A stretch of DNA of 62,321 bases, filler included, from Platydemus manokwari (taxonomy: Eukaryota), in the NCBI GenBank assembly GCA_037951405.1. It is 6 parts of 6 records of this genome, joined end to end, with 100 filler letters (N's around TTAATTAATTAA, not from the genome) between each part and the next. Parts side by side here need not be neighbours in the genome. Positions count along the whole stretch, not along the records: positions 23,346 to 34,032 come from JBBMOY011112998.1; positions 34,133 to 42,860 come from JBBMOY011358982.1; 4 more parts are not named here. One strand, given 5' to 3'. The translations under genes and the position numbers were made by a program. Below the pieces are notes generated by a model, which was not told where the DNA came from, did not search any database, and was given only the letters and a program-made list of their open reading frames with translations. Shown piece after piece: positions 27,031-39,299 of the stretch (the first letter of the stretch is position 1; each line of letters starts with the position of its first letter).

Positions 27031-28260
27031 ATTAAATATATTTTATTGTTCTGCATTGTCTTATTTGGTATTTTTATTTTAAATATTATTTGTATTATTC
27101 TGACTATTAATCTGCAGCAACAACCTTATCTGTTGGAGTCCAGACAAATACAAACTTAAATAATTATTTTTATTCGTCATATATTATTAATTTATTTTAA
27201 TTTCTGAGATTTAAAATATTTTAATTTTAGTTATTTCATTTCATTTATTTTCCATATTGCTAGTCTATTTTTGACTTTCAATTATTCTATTTCGCTTGTT
27301 TAATTATCTGTATTTGATTGTGATTATTTTTAATTGACCATTTGTTGATATTTAAATTTATTTTATTATTATTCTTGTTAATACCCATGTCATTAGTTTT
27401 TTTGATTGATATAATTTGATTTCGAGTTCTTGAAATGTTATGTACGATTTTAGTACATATTATTATATATTTACTATTTATACTTCATGACAATGCCGAA
27501 TTAAATACTTCAAAATAATTTCCTTAGTTAATTATTTTTTATTTATTAATTATATTTATTTTTAATATTTATATTTAGTGGAAAAAATATTAAACTCTAG
27601 ATATTCATTTAAAATAGCTCATCACTATTAAGTTTTCATTACATTTTAGACCAATGTATCAACATTTAAATTTTAACATTTTTCTAAAACATAGTAAAGT
27701 ATATTATACTTCATATTATACTTTGCATTCCTGCTAGTACGATCTTAAAGAATTTGAAGAGTTTTAATCATACTTGTAAAAAAGTCTGTGAACCCAATCT
27801 AACAAATAGGTTTCTGATCTTATTTATTAGATGAGTTATTTTAAGGCTTTTCGTCAAATTTTTAGCACACATAATTTGATTCTATAAAAAGTAGATTGAA
27901 CTTTAGAAACAATTTCTTTTCTTTCAATAAAATTTAACACTATTAGGTAACATCATGTTTATTTTTCTTTAATTCAGTACTTTTATAATTATATTGAAAA
28001 TACCGTTGGTGTTAATAATAATCGCAATGAAATATTACTTACAAGTTAAATTTTCACTGACCCTGGATTGTCTTATAACTTGGAACATTCATTTTAGTGG
28101 ATAACATTAATTAATTTTTATATATTTTTAATGTTTTGTTTGAATAATATAGTATAAAAATATAAGTTCAAAGAAAATTATCTTAATAATTTTTTTTATA
28201 TATTTTCTTTATTACTAATTTTTTATATTTAAATTATCAATTTAAATTTAAAATACTAAA

Positions 28261-29638
28261 ATGAATTCAACAGTAAAATTAAAAATAAAAAATGAATCCA
28301 ATTGTTTTTTAATAAATTTAATGTCGAATTGCACAATGAAAGAACTGATCGATGAAATATTAAAAGTCACTAATCCTGGCAATGAAGATATATCGTTATT
28401 ATCTGGATTTCCACCAAAACCTATTAATATCGATTTGGATTCGACTTTAACTGAAGTAATAAGATTTCAAAGTTATTCCTGATTTTATTAATATCATTCA
28501 GGCTAAAATATTCTCTGGTGATTGCATAATAATAAAATCCAGTTCGAATTCCGATATTAAACGACAGAAGCTAGAAACAAAACCAGAAAAATTAAACAAT
28601 AAAATATCGTATGGATTATATTTGTGTTTTGACATCTTTTCATTCGAATATACAAAAGGATAGATTCTTTGATCCAATCTCAACAAAACAGTGCCACATC
28701 AATTCTCATAAAGAAAACAATTCCAGCTGATAATTCTTGCCTCTTTGCTAGTGTTTATTACTGTCTCCATAATGGCAGTTTGGATGGTTTCGATTCTGAC
28801 AATGAGAGACAACTTGTTTGTGCCATGTTATTAAGCGAACCAAACAAGTTCGACAGTGCATTTCTGGAAGACAAAACACCCGAAGTTTATTGTGAATGGA
28901 TTATGAATGTAATGGTTTCCATGTAAACTGATTGGAATTTGATTTTGGATTTTCAGAAAGACCGCTGGGGTGGATCAATCGAATTGCATATATTGAGCAA
29001 TTTAAATTTGGTTGAAATCGATGTCGTGAACGTCAATACCGATCGAATCGATCGTTTTGGGGAGGATTGCAATTATTCTCACAAGATTTTGATTCTCTAT
29101 GATGGCATCCATTACGATTCATTGGCTTTGGAGGACGTGAATACTGGCGATTTGATCACCAAATATCCGGTTTCTGATGATGAGGTAGACGATGTTTGTG
29201 GTTTGATTGTGATATCGGCTTTGTTTATTGAACCGTGCCGTTATCCTAAAAATATTTGGTTGTCATGGAAACTCGAATCACCTAATCATATTCTCACCGC
29301 ATCCTAAGCACCCAGAAAAGAATCTCTTCTATCATATATTTTGTTATTGATTTTACCATTGTTTACACGTTTCCATAGAAACAGTCATTCGTCTGTATAT
29401 CGATTGTTATCTTTTATGAAAATTCGATGATGATTTTTCACCGAGGAATTATTTTTAGGTGATCGATAAAGCGAAACAATTGGCTAAAGAACTGAAATCC
29501 CAGAAACAATTCACCGATGTCAATACGTTCAAAATCCGATGTCACGATTGCAATTTGATCATGACCGGACAAGCGGCTGTCGTGAAGCATGCCAATTCCA
29601 CTGGCCATTCAAATTTCGGCGAAATAGAATCCAATTGA
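28261..29638 (+). CDS. YOD1: OTU1/YOD1 ubiquitin thioesterase, about 319 aa; join(28261..28455,28502..28608,28659..28908,28957..29184,29459..29638)
   Basis: UBX-like N-terminus (LLSGFPPKPI), catalytic IPADNSCLF, WGGSIEL, YDGIHYD, C-terminal C2H2 finger QFTDVNTFKIRCHDC...HANSTGHSNFGE. All four introns are GT-AG and phase-consistent (960 nt CDS). Confidence 0.95.
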
Positions 29639-32600
29639 CGACACGTGTTTTAGAAATATTTTTTTTCAGTTTTTTCGTTCCATAATTTATTGATTCCGTT
29701 TCTGAATTGATTTTCAGTGTGCGTGTTTGTGTGTGCTATTGATTGTGTGTGTGTGTGTGGCAATTTTGTTTCTCTGATTTTTACCAATAGGAACCAATTC
29801 AAATGAATTTTGAAATGACTTCATTTATTGACTTTTCTCGTTTATCGATTTACTTTACCGATAACCATGTCGAATGGTGACGGAAAGTGTTTATTAAAAA
29901 CGTTCGTGATGATTTAATGTGCAAACGGTTTTTACGTTTGTTTATTTAGCTGACTCATTGATTTGTACACACCTATTGATTATTAGTCATGTGATTGTTG
30001 GATATTGAGGTTCTTGACGTAATTCATTTGAAACACCATGACAACCGATCGCTCCGATGAATTTCATTGGAATAAATTAATGTGAGTCAAGCTCTAAAAA
30101 TCAAATCGTTTATAGTTAAGATAGAATTTCGTGATAATTAATCATTTTTTGTGATTATTTCGGATTGGTTTATGAAAATGATTTTTGGAATTTTAATTAT
30201 TTTCACCATGTCTCTGTACACTCAGATAATAAGTATTTATTTGATTTTCGAGGGATTTAAGATACAGTTGAGAATTGTTTATTTCTATTAACTTTTGTCC
30301 TACTTTTTGAAACAATTCCCACATTAATCAAGCAAAAGAAGAACAAAATATTAAAATTCTCATAATTAGAAAAATTCTAAGAATAGCAGATATATTTCTC
30401 ATAATTGTTTTCATTACGTTATAATTGAATTTTATTCACTCGTGAGGTTGAATATGGTTTTGGTATGATATGAATAATAACATTAGGGATTTACACAGGA
30501 CTGAAACTAAGTGTTTATAAAGAGAATATTGAAAATTGTTTACTACAGATCCTATCTATCAACAACTTAACAGTTAGGAATTTTCCTATGCTCAGAACAG
30601 AGCCAGTGGAATGTGACTTCGGTGCTCTAGAGAAAACGATACGTGCAGAATTTATCTTCTTCTGTATCCATAGATAACTAATTTGAGGGCTTGGGGCACC
30701 CAAAACTCGTTGATTATTGATGTTGAGTTGTTGATGTTTAAATGATATTGTGGACAACTCAACAAGACGAGTTCTATATTTTATATTGATATAATTTTAT
30801 TTTATTATTACACAATCAATGACCAAATATTATATAAAAGTTAATCTTTTTAAAAATACAACTGAATGAAAATTAACTCAATCAATGTTATTGATTTACC
30901 AAATGGGTCAAATTATCTTGTCTTGAGATCAAGAACAACCTTAATTGCCTTATCAAATTTATGTATTTAATTGAAGATGTAGTTATTATGAATCCAAAAG
31001 GGTCCAATCGCTTTGGTAATTTAATTATCTATTATTATGTTTAATATATTTATCAAAGCAATTAGTTGTAATAATAGTTTATCTTTTTCTGTTCTATACT
31101 CTCCACAAATATTCGTTGTATTAGAATTAGAATTAGATTCATTATGATTATTGCCAAATCACTCTCTATCGATTTTTGTGAGCGTGATTAGTGATGAAAA
31201 TCCATCAACTTATATAGTTGATAAAGTTCGGTACCCAGTAATTTTTCCATCACGCTCAGAAATTTTTAGTAATCTTATTACTTTGAACCCCGTGGATAAT
31301 TATTTTTTAAAGTTCTTTAACCTTAAAAATCCATGAAATTTTTTAGTGATATTATAAATTTTACTATAACGCTTATTAACCTTTAAGATTATTAATTAAT
31401 TTTTATTTTTATTCTTTCTTATTTGCTTTAATTAAATTATCTATTTTCCTTAAAATATTTGTTTTGTTTAAATTTATCTTTAATTCTATATAAATAATAA
31501 TATTTTTTTGAACAACATTCACTGAAATAAATCGCATTTTTACAAATATTAATCATTAATTTTTCATGGAGATAAAATAATCACATAAAGATGAAAGTCA
31601 AAATCAAATTTAAGAGTCAAAGATTGAATGTCAAATATTCACAAATGTAAAAAGTCAAGAATTGAATGTTTGTTGAAATTGGGAATTATTATTGGAATTT
31701 GTAGGTTTCAGTATCAGTATCAAATCCAGACTCAAGCTCTTCTTTCCCTAAGTTTTCTTCTTTTCTTCCCAGTCCTTTTTCAGGTTAGTCCACTGTCGTC
31801 GGATGGTGTGGGTTTCTATCGGTTTCTTGAATTCTGTATCTTTCAGACCCTGTTTGTCTAGTGTTTGGAAATGTTGTTTTAAGAATATATTTTATATTGT
31901 TGAGACCACAACACAATCCATATATACACCCACTTAATAATTAGAAAGGTTACTGGTACATAAATCAGAGCCAGTAAGAGATTTCATACGCCAAAAAATT
32001 AATGCAATCATCAGGACTTCAAGGACATCAGTTGAAAATCAAAATTTTCTAAAAATCAATAATTCATCAGAACTATATTTTCTCAATCATTTAACGCATT
32101 TCGTAATGACTTAATAAGTATAAAATTTCGGGTTTTTATTTAAAAGTATTTTTCAACTAATTAAGTTTTGGATTAAATTTTTCATAACTTCTCATAGAAG
32201 CATTTAGTCAAAACTTGAAATAATTTTGCACTGGAAATTTTTACATTTACCATTAATTATTTTTCTTTGCTTTGTCCTTTGTTGGCTACCAGGCTTTCAA
32301 CCACACATGTTCGTAGCGTGTCGAATATTGAGAAGTATCTCTTTATACACTCAAAGCTTTGATCAGTTAACAGATACACACAATCAGATTACAATTAGTC
32401 AGTAAGATTTTATTTAAATCTTTATTTAACTCTCATTTATCAAATCGACATTAATATATCAATGACGAGTGTTTTAACAAATCTTTTGATTATTGCTGTA
32501 TAAGATTTTAGCACATTAAATAAAGAATACTTCAATGCACGCATCAGACGAACGTCATTATTTTGAGACTTCACATTAGCACTAGAATGATCTTGTTTTT

Positions 32601-34032
32601 TAATTTCTGCCATCGTTTCCATAGTATTCCGGTAGTCTTTTTCGGAATTAAAGAAGCAGTGACTACTGCATTTTCCTTACAGCTTGGTTACCAAAAACAT
32701 CAATAAACATATTTGTAGCCCTCTTTCTCTAGTCATAATGAGCTTCTGTTCTTAGTTTGGTTACTGATTCTGACCTGCAGACCGAATTTAAACTTTAACT
32801 ATATAACGATTGCTTTTGTACTAAATAATTGGTATCTCTTTCTCTATGTGACTATGAGTTAATTTACAACTAATTTGTCTGAATGATAATAGATATGACA
32901 ATTATAAATGCATCTAAAAGCCTAGATATAATAATGAGAATATCATGAATTAGACATTGGACTAGCAATCAATAAATCAGAAACGCGAATCCTAAAGGAT
33001 CATTGAATATGCAACATAATAGATGAAAATACAAACTCGAAATATTATTAATTCAAACACAAGTACTATAATTTTACAATTTTACTTACTACGTAAATAT
33101 ATCTTGTGTCTTGGTTTCTCCTACACAAATAGGTATCTCGGAAATTGAAAATTTCCGCTTTGTTATTCGAGATAATGCAATTTTGAAACTTTAATTACTT
33201 TCTGAAGGTCAAAAATAAGTTCTTGAAAATAAAGACTTTGAGCAACAATACGTTTATTTATTGATACTGAATAAAATAAGTAAATTTATATAGATAAAAA
33301 TATCTTCAATGTTATTCAGTTTTATCCAAAAATATTGAGTTCAACTTAATTTAGATTGGTAACAATTGGATGTGATGAATAATAATTTAAAGTTTGTGGA
33401 GCTTTTCAAATTTTTGACTTTAGGGAAACTATTTTTTTTTAATTAAAGCTGTTTAGTTAATTGAATTCAAGATGGAGATCCTTGGTATTTGGAGATATTA
33501 ATGAAAATAGTTTATTACTTAATTGTGGTAAAGAATTTGTATCGGGATTTGGAGTGATAGTCAAAAGAGTTTTTAGAAGAACTTTATGACTGAATTTCTG
33601 GCGATGGCATGAGATATCACTGGATTAGTATATCAATAACAATTATGAATGAAATAGGTTAATCAGTAATTTACCTGTCAGGGTTATCTATTAGTACATC
33701 AGTTATTATTAAAGTTACCAAAGATTTTTTGTACCATCATTATTTTGTGTCATTATTATTATTGCTGCGGTTTTTATAACAGTACTGAGAATTTTTAAAA
33801 TGAGAATTTCGTCATTAGACTAAATATATACTTTTTATAAATTCGGTATAAAGATAACGAACAAGTGACAATAGGTTTATAAATTAAAAACATTATTTCA
33901 GACATTAAGTTATGATGATACCACAACGATTTTAAACTAGTCTGAGTGTAAGTATTCTATTATAATAGCATGAGCGATAATAAGACTTATCTTGTATTTT
34001 TAAAAATAGGTTAGCCATAGTCGTGCACTAGA

Positions 34033-34132
34033 NNNNNNNNNNNNNNNNNNNNNNNNNNNNNNNNNNNNNNNNNNNNTTAATTAATTAANNNNNNNNNNNN
34101 NNNNNNNNNNNNNNNNNNNNNNNNNNNNNNNN
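34033..34132. other. assembly gap linker
   Basis: N44-TTAATTAATTAA-N44. Confidence 0.98.
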
Positions 34133-34450
34133 ATTTGTTTAAATATTTGGATTTAAAATAGATTTGATTGTGTCTTGACTTTTTTTGTTTTGATTTTAGT
34201 TTGTGGTTTTTAAAATAGTAGCGGCTAACATGACGACCACGCATCTAGAATCGAGCCTGAAAAGATCAACGAATGTAAATTATAGAATAAGATTTTAGAG
34301 ATGATATAAAAGAAGATTTGAAAGAAGATATGAATTAGATATGATAAAGATGAGAAAGAAGTTATTAAAAGATTATTTATAACAGAGACAATTAACAAAA
34401 TCAAAAATTTTAAAGAAAAGGGGTTGTGAGATATTTTATATGAATTAAAC
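34133..34450. repeat. dispersed satellite-like repeat family, copy 4
   Basis: TGTGGTTTTTAAAATAGTAGCGGCTAACATGACGACCACGCATCTAGAATCGA ... AAAGAAAAGGGGTTGTGAGA, collinear with 12500-12852. Confidence 0.7.
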
Positions 34451-34464
34451 TACAATTTAATTCA

Positions 34465-36275
34465 AAACTTAATTCTGTTTCTTCGACACAAGTTGACCAG
34501 TAGTAATACAATTCAACTGTCTTTTGTTAATTACAGAAATAAATATCTTATATGGAGTGTCCATTAAGGTGATTAGGTGCAGAAACCAGACAAGGTGAGT
34601 TTCTTAAAGTGAGTCCTAAAACTCTTCCACTGATCAGGAAACTTGTCAAAATTTATAATATAATCATCATATTATGATAAGAATAAATATTTAGTACAGA
34701 GTCCGATGCATTCTGAAAGGCCGAGTCAATAACTTTTATTAATATGGGTGCAGTATTAAAAACATCTTGGTACGGAAACTGTATACCAAGGTCAGGTAAT
34801 GCGAAAGAACCGAATATGTGAAATGTTCAACAATATCTTCTACCATTGGCGTTGGGGTTGAGATAGAAGAAGGTAAAATACTTTTTAAAATTTTTTCTGG
34901 CAAATAATCATTTCCTTTCTGAAAATTGAAATCAGATTAGACATAATCCTTAGCAAGAGTCGACGGATAACGCAATTTTGTTCGAAATTTATCAAGTTAT
35001 AAATTAGAAATTGCTTTATGTCGATAGTCAAGAACACTTGGATTTGGTTCATCTAAGATCATACTTGCTAATCTTAATATTGGATGGGGAGTATTTGAAG
35101 TAATTGATTAGATCTACGATAAATTAAATCTTTCACAAAAGAATTAATAGTGTTGCGAAAGTTCAAATTAGAAATTTCTGTTATTATAATAATCAATCGT
35201 GTACCTTATATAACATAAACCACAGTCATAAGAAGCGAATTGAAGAGGAATATTTGTAAGATAACTTTTATTAATAGAAAAAGGAAATTGGACCATTAAT
35301 GTGTTCCAACAACCGATTTAAGTTGTCCCTAAAGTTATGCATTTTATCTCTAAGCTCAAGCCTAGCAGGATTCCACAGATTATCGGCCCACTTAGTGTCA
35401 TTCTCTTTTAATGTCATCTTTGCCTATTTGTATTTTGTTGAATATTTCATCGAAAAATAATGCATTTTCGAATGAGGAGAATTTATCATTATTATTGTGA
35501 CATAATTAATGATTCTTAAAGTTCATCAAATTTCTATCAAAATCTCAGAAACAAGTCATGATTTTGTCACAAATATCTTTGACCTTATGAACGGGGAATA
35601 GTGTTTCTTAATTGAGGTAACATTAGTGTTACTAGGAGTTGCAAAGTATTTCTTTGTTGAACACATAGAAAGTGCAACTTTAGCAGAAATATTTGCCTTT
35701 AATATAATATCGATTCTCTCTTTTGTTACTTTAAAGGGAGCTATCTGAGGGCACTTATCCAAATGTACGGCTCTGGTTCCACTAAGGAGTTTATAGTACA
35801 AAAAAGATACATTAATAACATGAGAGTCAGTTATAGATGGAAATGATAAAATCTTTCTGCCTAATCAGAGTCAATCGCGATAATATCGAAGGCAATAGCT
35901 ATCATGGAATCATTTACTGTCATATCAGTAAGCATAACTTCATCTATATTTACTGCAGAATGTTTAGTATTTATATCAGTAAACGGAACTAGAGCGCCAG
36001 TGTTGGAATCTATAACTTCATCTCTCAATGAGTCAAGTAAGGAGTCAAAGAGTTTGATACAAAAATCACCTAAATCAGTAGCGTTATTTATGTGGATGAT
36101 TTCTTTAAGTGGTATAGTAATATGATTTCTCAAGATTTATATGTCCAATCCGAATATGATACATATACTTGACCCAGTCTTTAAACAAGTTGAAACAAGT
36201 ACAATAATCACAAGTGCGAGTTTTCAACATAATGAAACTCTATCTGATATCAAAATCTAACTCAGAGTGTGCGAA
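34465..36275 (-). mobile_element. inverted 5' half of a NeSL/R5-type non-LTR retrotransposon (C2H2 finger, Ulp1-like protease, RT domains 0-2)
   Basis: Minus strand, in order: CDYCTCFNLFKDWVKYMYHIRIGH (about 36141-36212); MLTDMTVND; KMHYFSM; IPLQFASYDCGL (Cys codon 35222-35224); FDKFPDQWKSFRT; LITLMDTPYKIFISVINKRQLNCITTGQLVSKKQ (about 34475-34590, cf. RPITL.DT.YKIF.S.LN.RL......LIS..QKG). Confidence 0.75.
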
Positions 36276-36279
36276 TTCA

Positions 36280-37730
36280 GCACAACAATCAAGAGGAGTT
36301 AAACAAGGTTGTCCTATTTCGATGTTTGCTTTAGCAATAAATCCAGTACTTGAAGCAATTGAAACTTTACAAATTTCTAGTTTCTTAATTAGAATTAGTT
36401 CTGTTAAGGTTTTAGCTTACGCTGATGATATTGCTTTGATAGCTAATAATACTCCTGATCTTCAAAAACTTATAGATAAAGTTGTTGAAATAACTGAATG
36501 GGTTGGTTTACAATACCATCCAGAGAAATGTGCCTTTATAAGCTTACCACACAAAAGCACTGATGATGCAATATCTATTAATACTGTAAATATTAAAAGA
36601 ATTCTATATGTATCTTGGTGCTTCGTTAATGATAAAAATGATCTATCTCCTTACAAAGTTTTGAATGAACTTGTAATTGATCTTGATAAAATGGTTGATT
36701 CTGATTTATGGGATCGACAAAAAGCTTTAATCTTAGAATTTTCTTGCACTCTAGACTTGTTTACGCGTTTTGAAGTAGAGAAATTAAAATTTCTGTGTTA
36801 GTAGAGAAAAATAGTAAAATAAAGGCTTAGATGAAGCAATTACTTCATTTACTAAAATCAAGCTGAAGTTTTTTATCTTTATACATCGACAGTAAATGGT
36901 GGTGCTGGATTGATTGATGAATACCACGCCCAACGCATTATTCAAGCATTTCGTCTTTTTATCTCAAATTGGTCACTGACAAAAAAATTATATCTGATTC
37001 ACTTTGCTTTGTTTCTTCTACTAGACTTTGCATCGCAAATTGGTGAAAGCCTTGAATGGATCAATGCTAAACAATCTATAGAAAACTCTGCTTCTAAAAA
37101 GACTTCGTGGGTACTTGTTATCAATGCTGTGAAATATTTTCAAAATACTCAAAAGATAATCTTGATTTTTGAATTGTCAACCAAATATGTTCCCTATTAC
37201 CGGATAGCAGGGAGCGTATCGATTTAATGGTGACTGATGTAAACAAGAAAAAGATTTTTCTTGTAGACATGAAGTGCCCCATAGATACACTGTAAAACTT
37301 TGAGAAGTCGGACAAAAATAATATAATTCACTATACCGATTTCAGGAATGACTTGGCCGAATTGAAATCAGATTTCAATATTGAGCTTTTTACTTGTATA
37401 ATTGGCTCACTCGGTACAGTTCCGTCCTAAACAGATTCAATTTTGGCGAAGATTGGCGTGTCAAAGAATAAAATCCGAAACCTGGTCAAAGATTGCGTAA
37501 TTTCAAATATTAAACATTCAGCAAAAATTTGGCACTTTCACTCGACCAGTGCTTTGATCGATTTTATCTAATCACAAAACCAAACAATCTAACCAATGAA
37601 AGGCTGAGATGAGTGTCCCACAGTGTCAGCTGAAACATTAGCAAAGAGAAAACCCAAAGAAGAATACAAAAAGAAGAGAAATATTGACAAAGCACAAGTT
37701 AACAAAATTGATAATTGCCGCTACTAATAA
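36280..37730 (+). mobile_element. 3' half of a NeSL/R5-type non-LTR retrotransposon (RT domains 4-7, thumb, restriction-like endonuclease, 3' UTR), pseudogenised
   Basis: RGVKQGCPIS, VLAYADDIALIA, GLQYHPEKCA, YLYTSTVNGGAGL, and the RLE DLMVTDVNKKKIFLVDMKCP...IIGSLGTVP...KIGVSK...DCVISNIKHSAKIWHFH ending about 37570. The CCHC knuckle is not visible. Confidence 0.9.
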
Positions 37731-37890
37731 GGAACATGGAAAATATTAAAAAAACTTTTTCGTAATAATGCTGCAAGTAGTAGTTTTAAAAATACCATCA
37801 AAATGAGTAATTTTATTAATACCATTTACAGCTAGAAATTCGTTAAATTCTTTTGTAAAAATAAAAAAATAAAAATTGGGGGAATCTTCT

Positions 37891-38574
37891 TCAAACTTGT
37901 TTGAGGTGAAGTATCAAAGATATTTCTTCTCCACCAAAATCTATTAAATCACAATCTTGATCTGTTATTTTAAAAGTAATTTCACTAACACATTTAGTAT
38001 ATATTGGAAAATAAACTACTTGTTTTACTTCTTTATTATAGAAATAAACTAGGCAAACACTATTGGTTATAAAGCTATAAATAATATTTGACTTTATCAG
38101 CTCGTATTCGGTATTTGTGCTTTTCTGGATATATAACTTCCAACAGCTATTGCAAATTCAAAATTTATTAACATAAGCTCAAAAATATTTATTTCATTTC
38201 TTGATAAATGATTTCCAATAGTGTAAATTTTATTATTTTCATTAGGTTTAATTTTTACATTATATACTGGGTTTTCATTACTATCAACTTGAGTTATTCC
38301 ATTGATTTAATATACGCCCATACTTTGTTGTACGCGTTTATTTATATCCAGAATTTCTCTAGCACCTTTTGGAATTTTATATAATTTATTTTCATATTCA
38401 AAATAATTATTATTATCATTAATATTATAAACAGAATTTTAAACTGTCTTACTTATCTAATTTTAAAGGTACTGGAAATCTAAATTTCCATTCGGTTTTT
38501 GTACTACTAGATATTATTAACGTGCTATATTTTTTAGAAATAATGTTAATAAACACACTTAATTTCTCTTTCAT
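37891..38574 (-). pseudogene. Polinton minor capsid (penton) protein remnant
   Basis: FRFPVPLKLD; NSVYNINDNNN; YKIPKGAREILDIN (cf. IP.GSYEI.DIN); AVGSY; C-terminus VVYFPIYTKCVSEITFKITDQDCDLIDFGGEEISLILHLKQV* (cf. I.DQ.G.LIDFRGE.I...LHLK). Confidence 0.85.
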
Positions 38575-38739
38575 TTAAAATATCACTTTTTTGACTTATT
38601 ACTTAGTATGACTATTGCTCATATAAAAGAAACCAGTCTTCGTCTGACTTTCGGACCTCATTGGTACTTTGTTCCCAAAGAAGGCGAAGGGACTCAGACA
38701 TTGTGTGACCCTTGGACGTCGTTCGATAAAAAAAAGTGC

Positions 38740-39170
38740 CTCGCCTTTTATTAGTTTAAAAATGGAAATTTTATATATTTAGTACTTTTTATAAAATCAA
38801 ACATGGCTCTACCTTCAGAGGGAGTTAAAAATACCGACTGCTTTCTTTCTTTTTGATTTTTGTTTGCGCTAATTCTTCTTTCACTTTCTCAGTCTCCGAA
38901 CCAGCTTTTTTAGCTTGTTTTGCTTGATTTACTGCAGTTGTAACTCTTCCAGCAACTCCTGCTCCACCACGTAAACCCACTATAATTCTGGTATTGCAGA
39001 TAATAATGGAAAAACTCCGCTCGACTTTTGTATCTTATATTCTACATTATCTTAAATGTTTTTTTAATTTTTTACGTATTTCTTTAGTTATTTTATTGTT
39101 TCTCCCTCATGATAAATTGATTTAGATTTACCCGTCTTAAATATTTGTTTTAAAAGTTTTTCTTCATTTA
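38740..39170 (-). pseudogene. pX-like / core-protein precursor remnant
   Basis: SSGVFPLLSAIP[frameshift]IVGLRGGAGVAGRVTTAVNQAKQAKKA...GIFLTPSEG resembles the GGFLPLL...GG..G...AVN.AK...G.GL.L.P motif of adintovirus/Polinton X proteins. Confidence 0.7.
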
Positions 39171-39299
39171 TTTTTTAAAATTAAATATATCATTAAATGA
39201 AATATAAATGTTCATAATTTTGTTTAAATTAAATATAAAATTTAATAAATAAATATTATCAACATTTAATTCTTAAATGAAATAGAAATTAAATATTTC

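Noticed and set aside
18761-29638. TRAF E3 ligase and OTU1 deubiquitinase as a functional cluster
   Set aside because: They are 8 kb apart across an assembly gap; YOD1 is a conserved housekeeping gene, so adjacency alone is not evidence
32200-32800. Possible hAT transposase remnant on the minus strand
   Set aside because: Only vague similarity to hAT motifs; insufficient to call
38632-38730. Hammerhead ribozyme
   Set aside because: CUGANGA and GAAA core positions are not intact; kept only as a generic structured island
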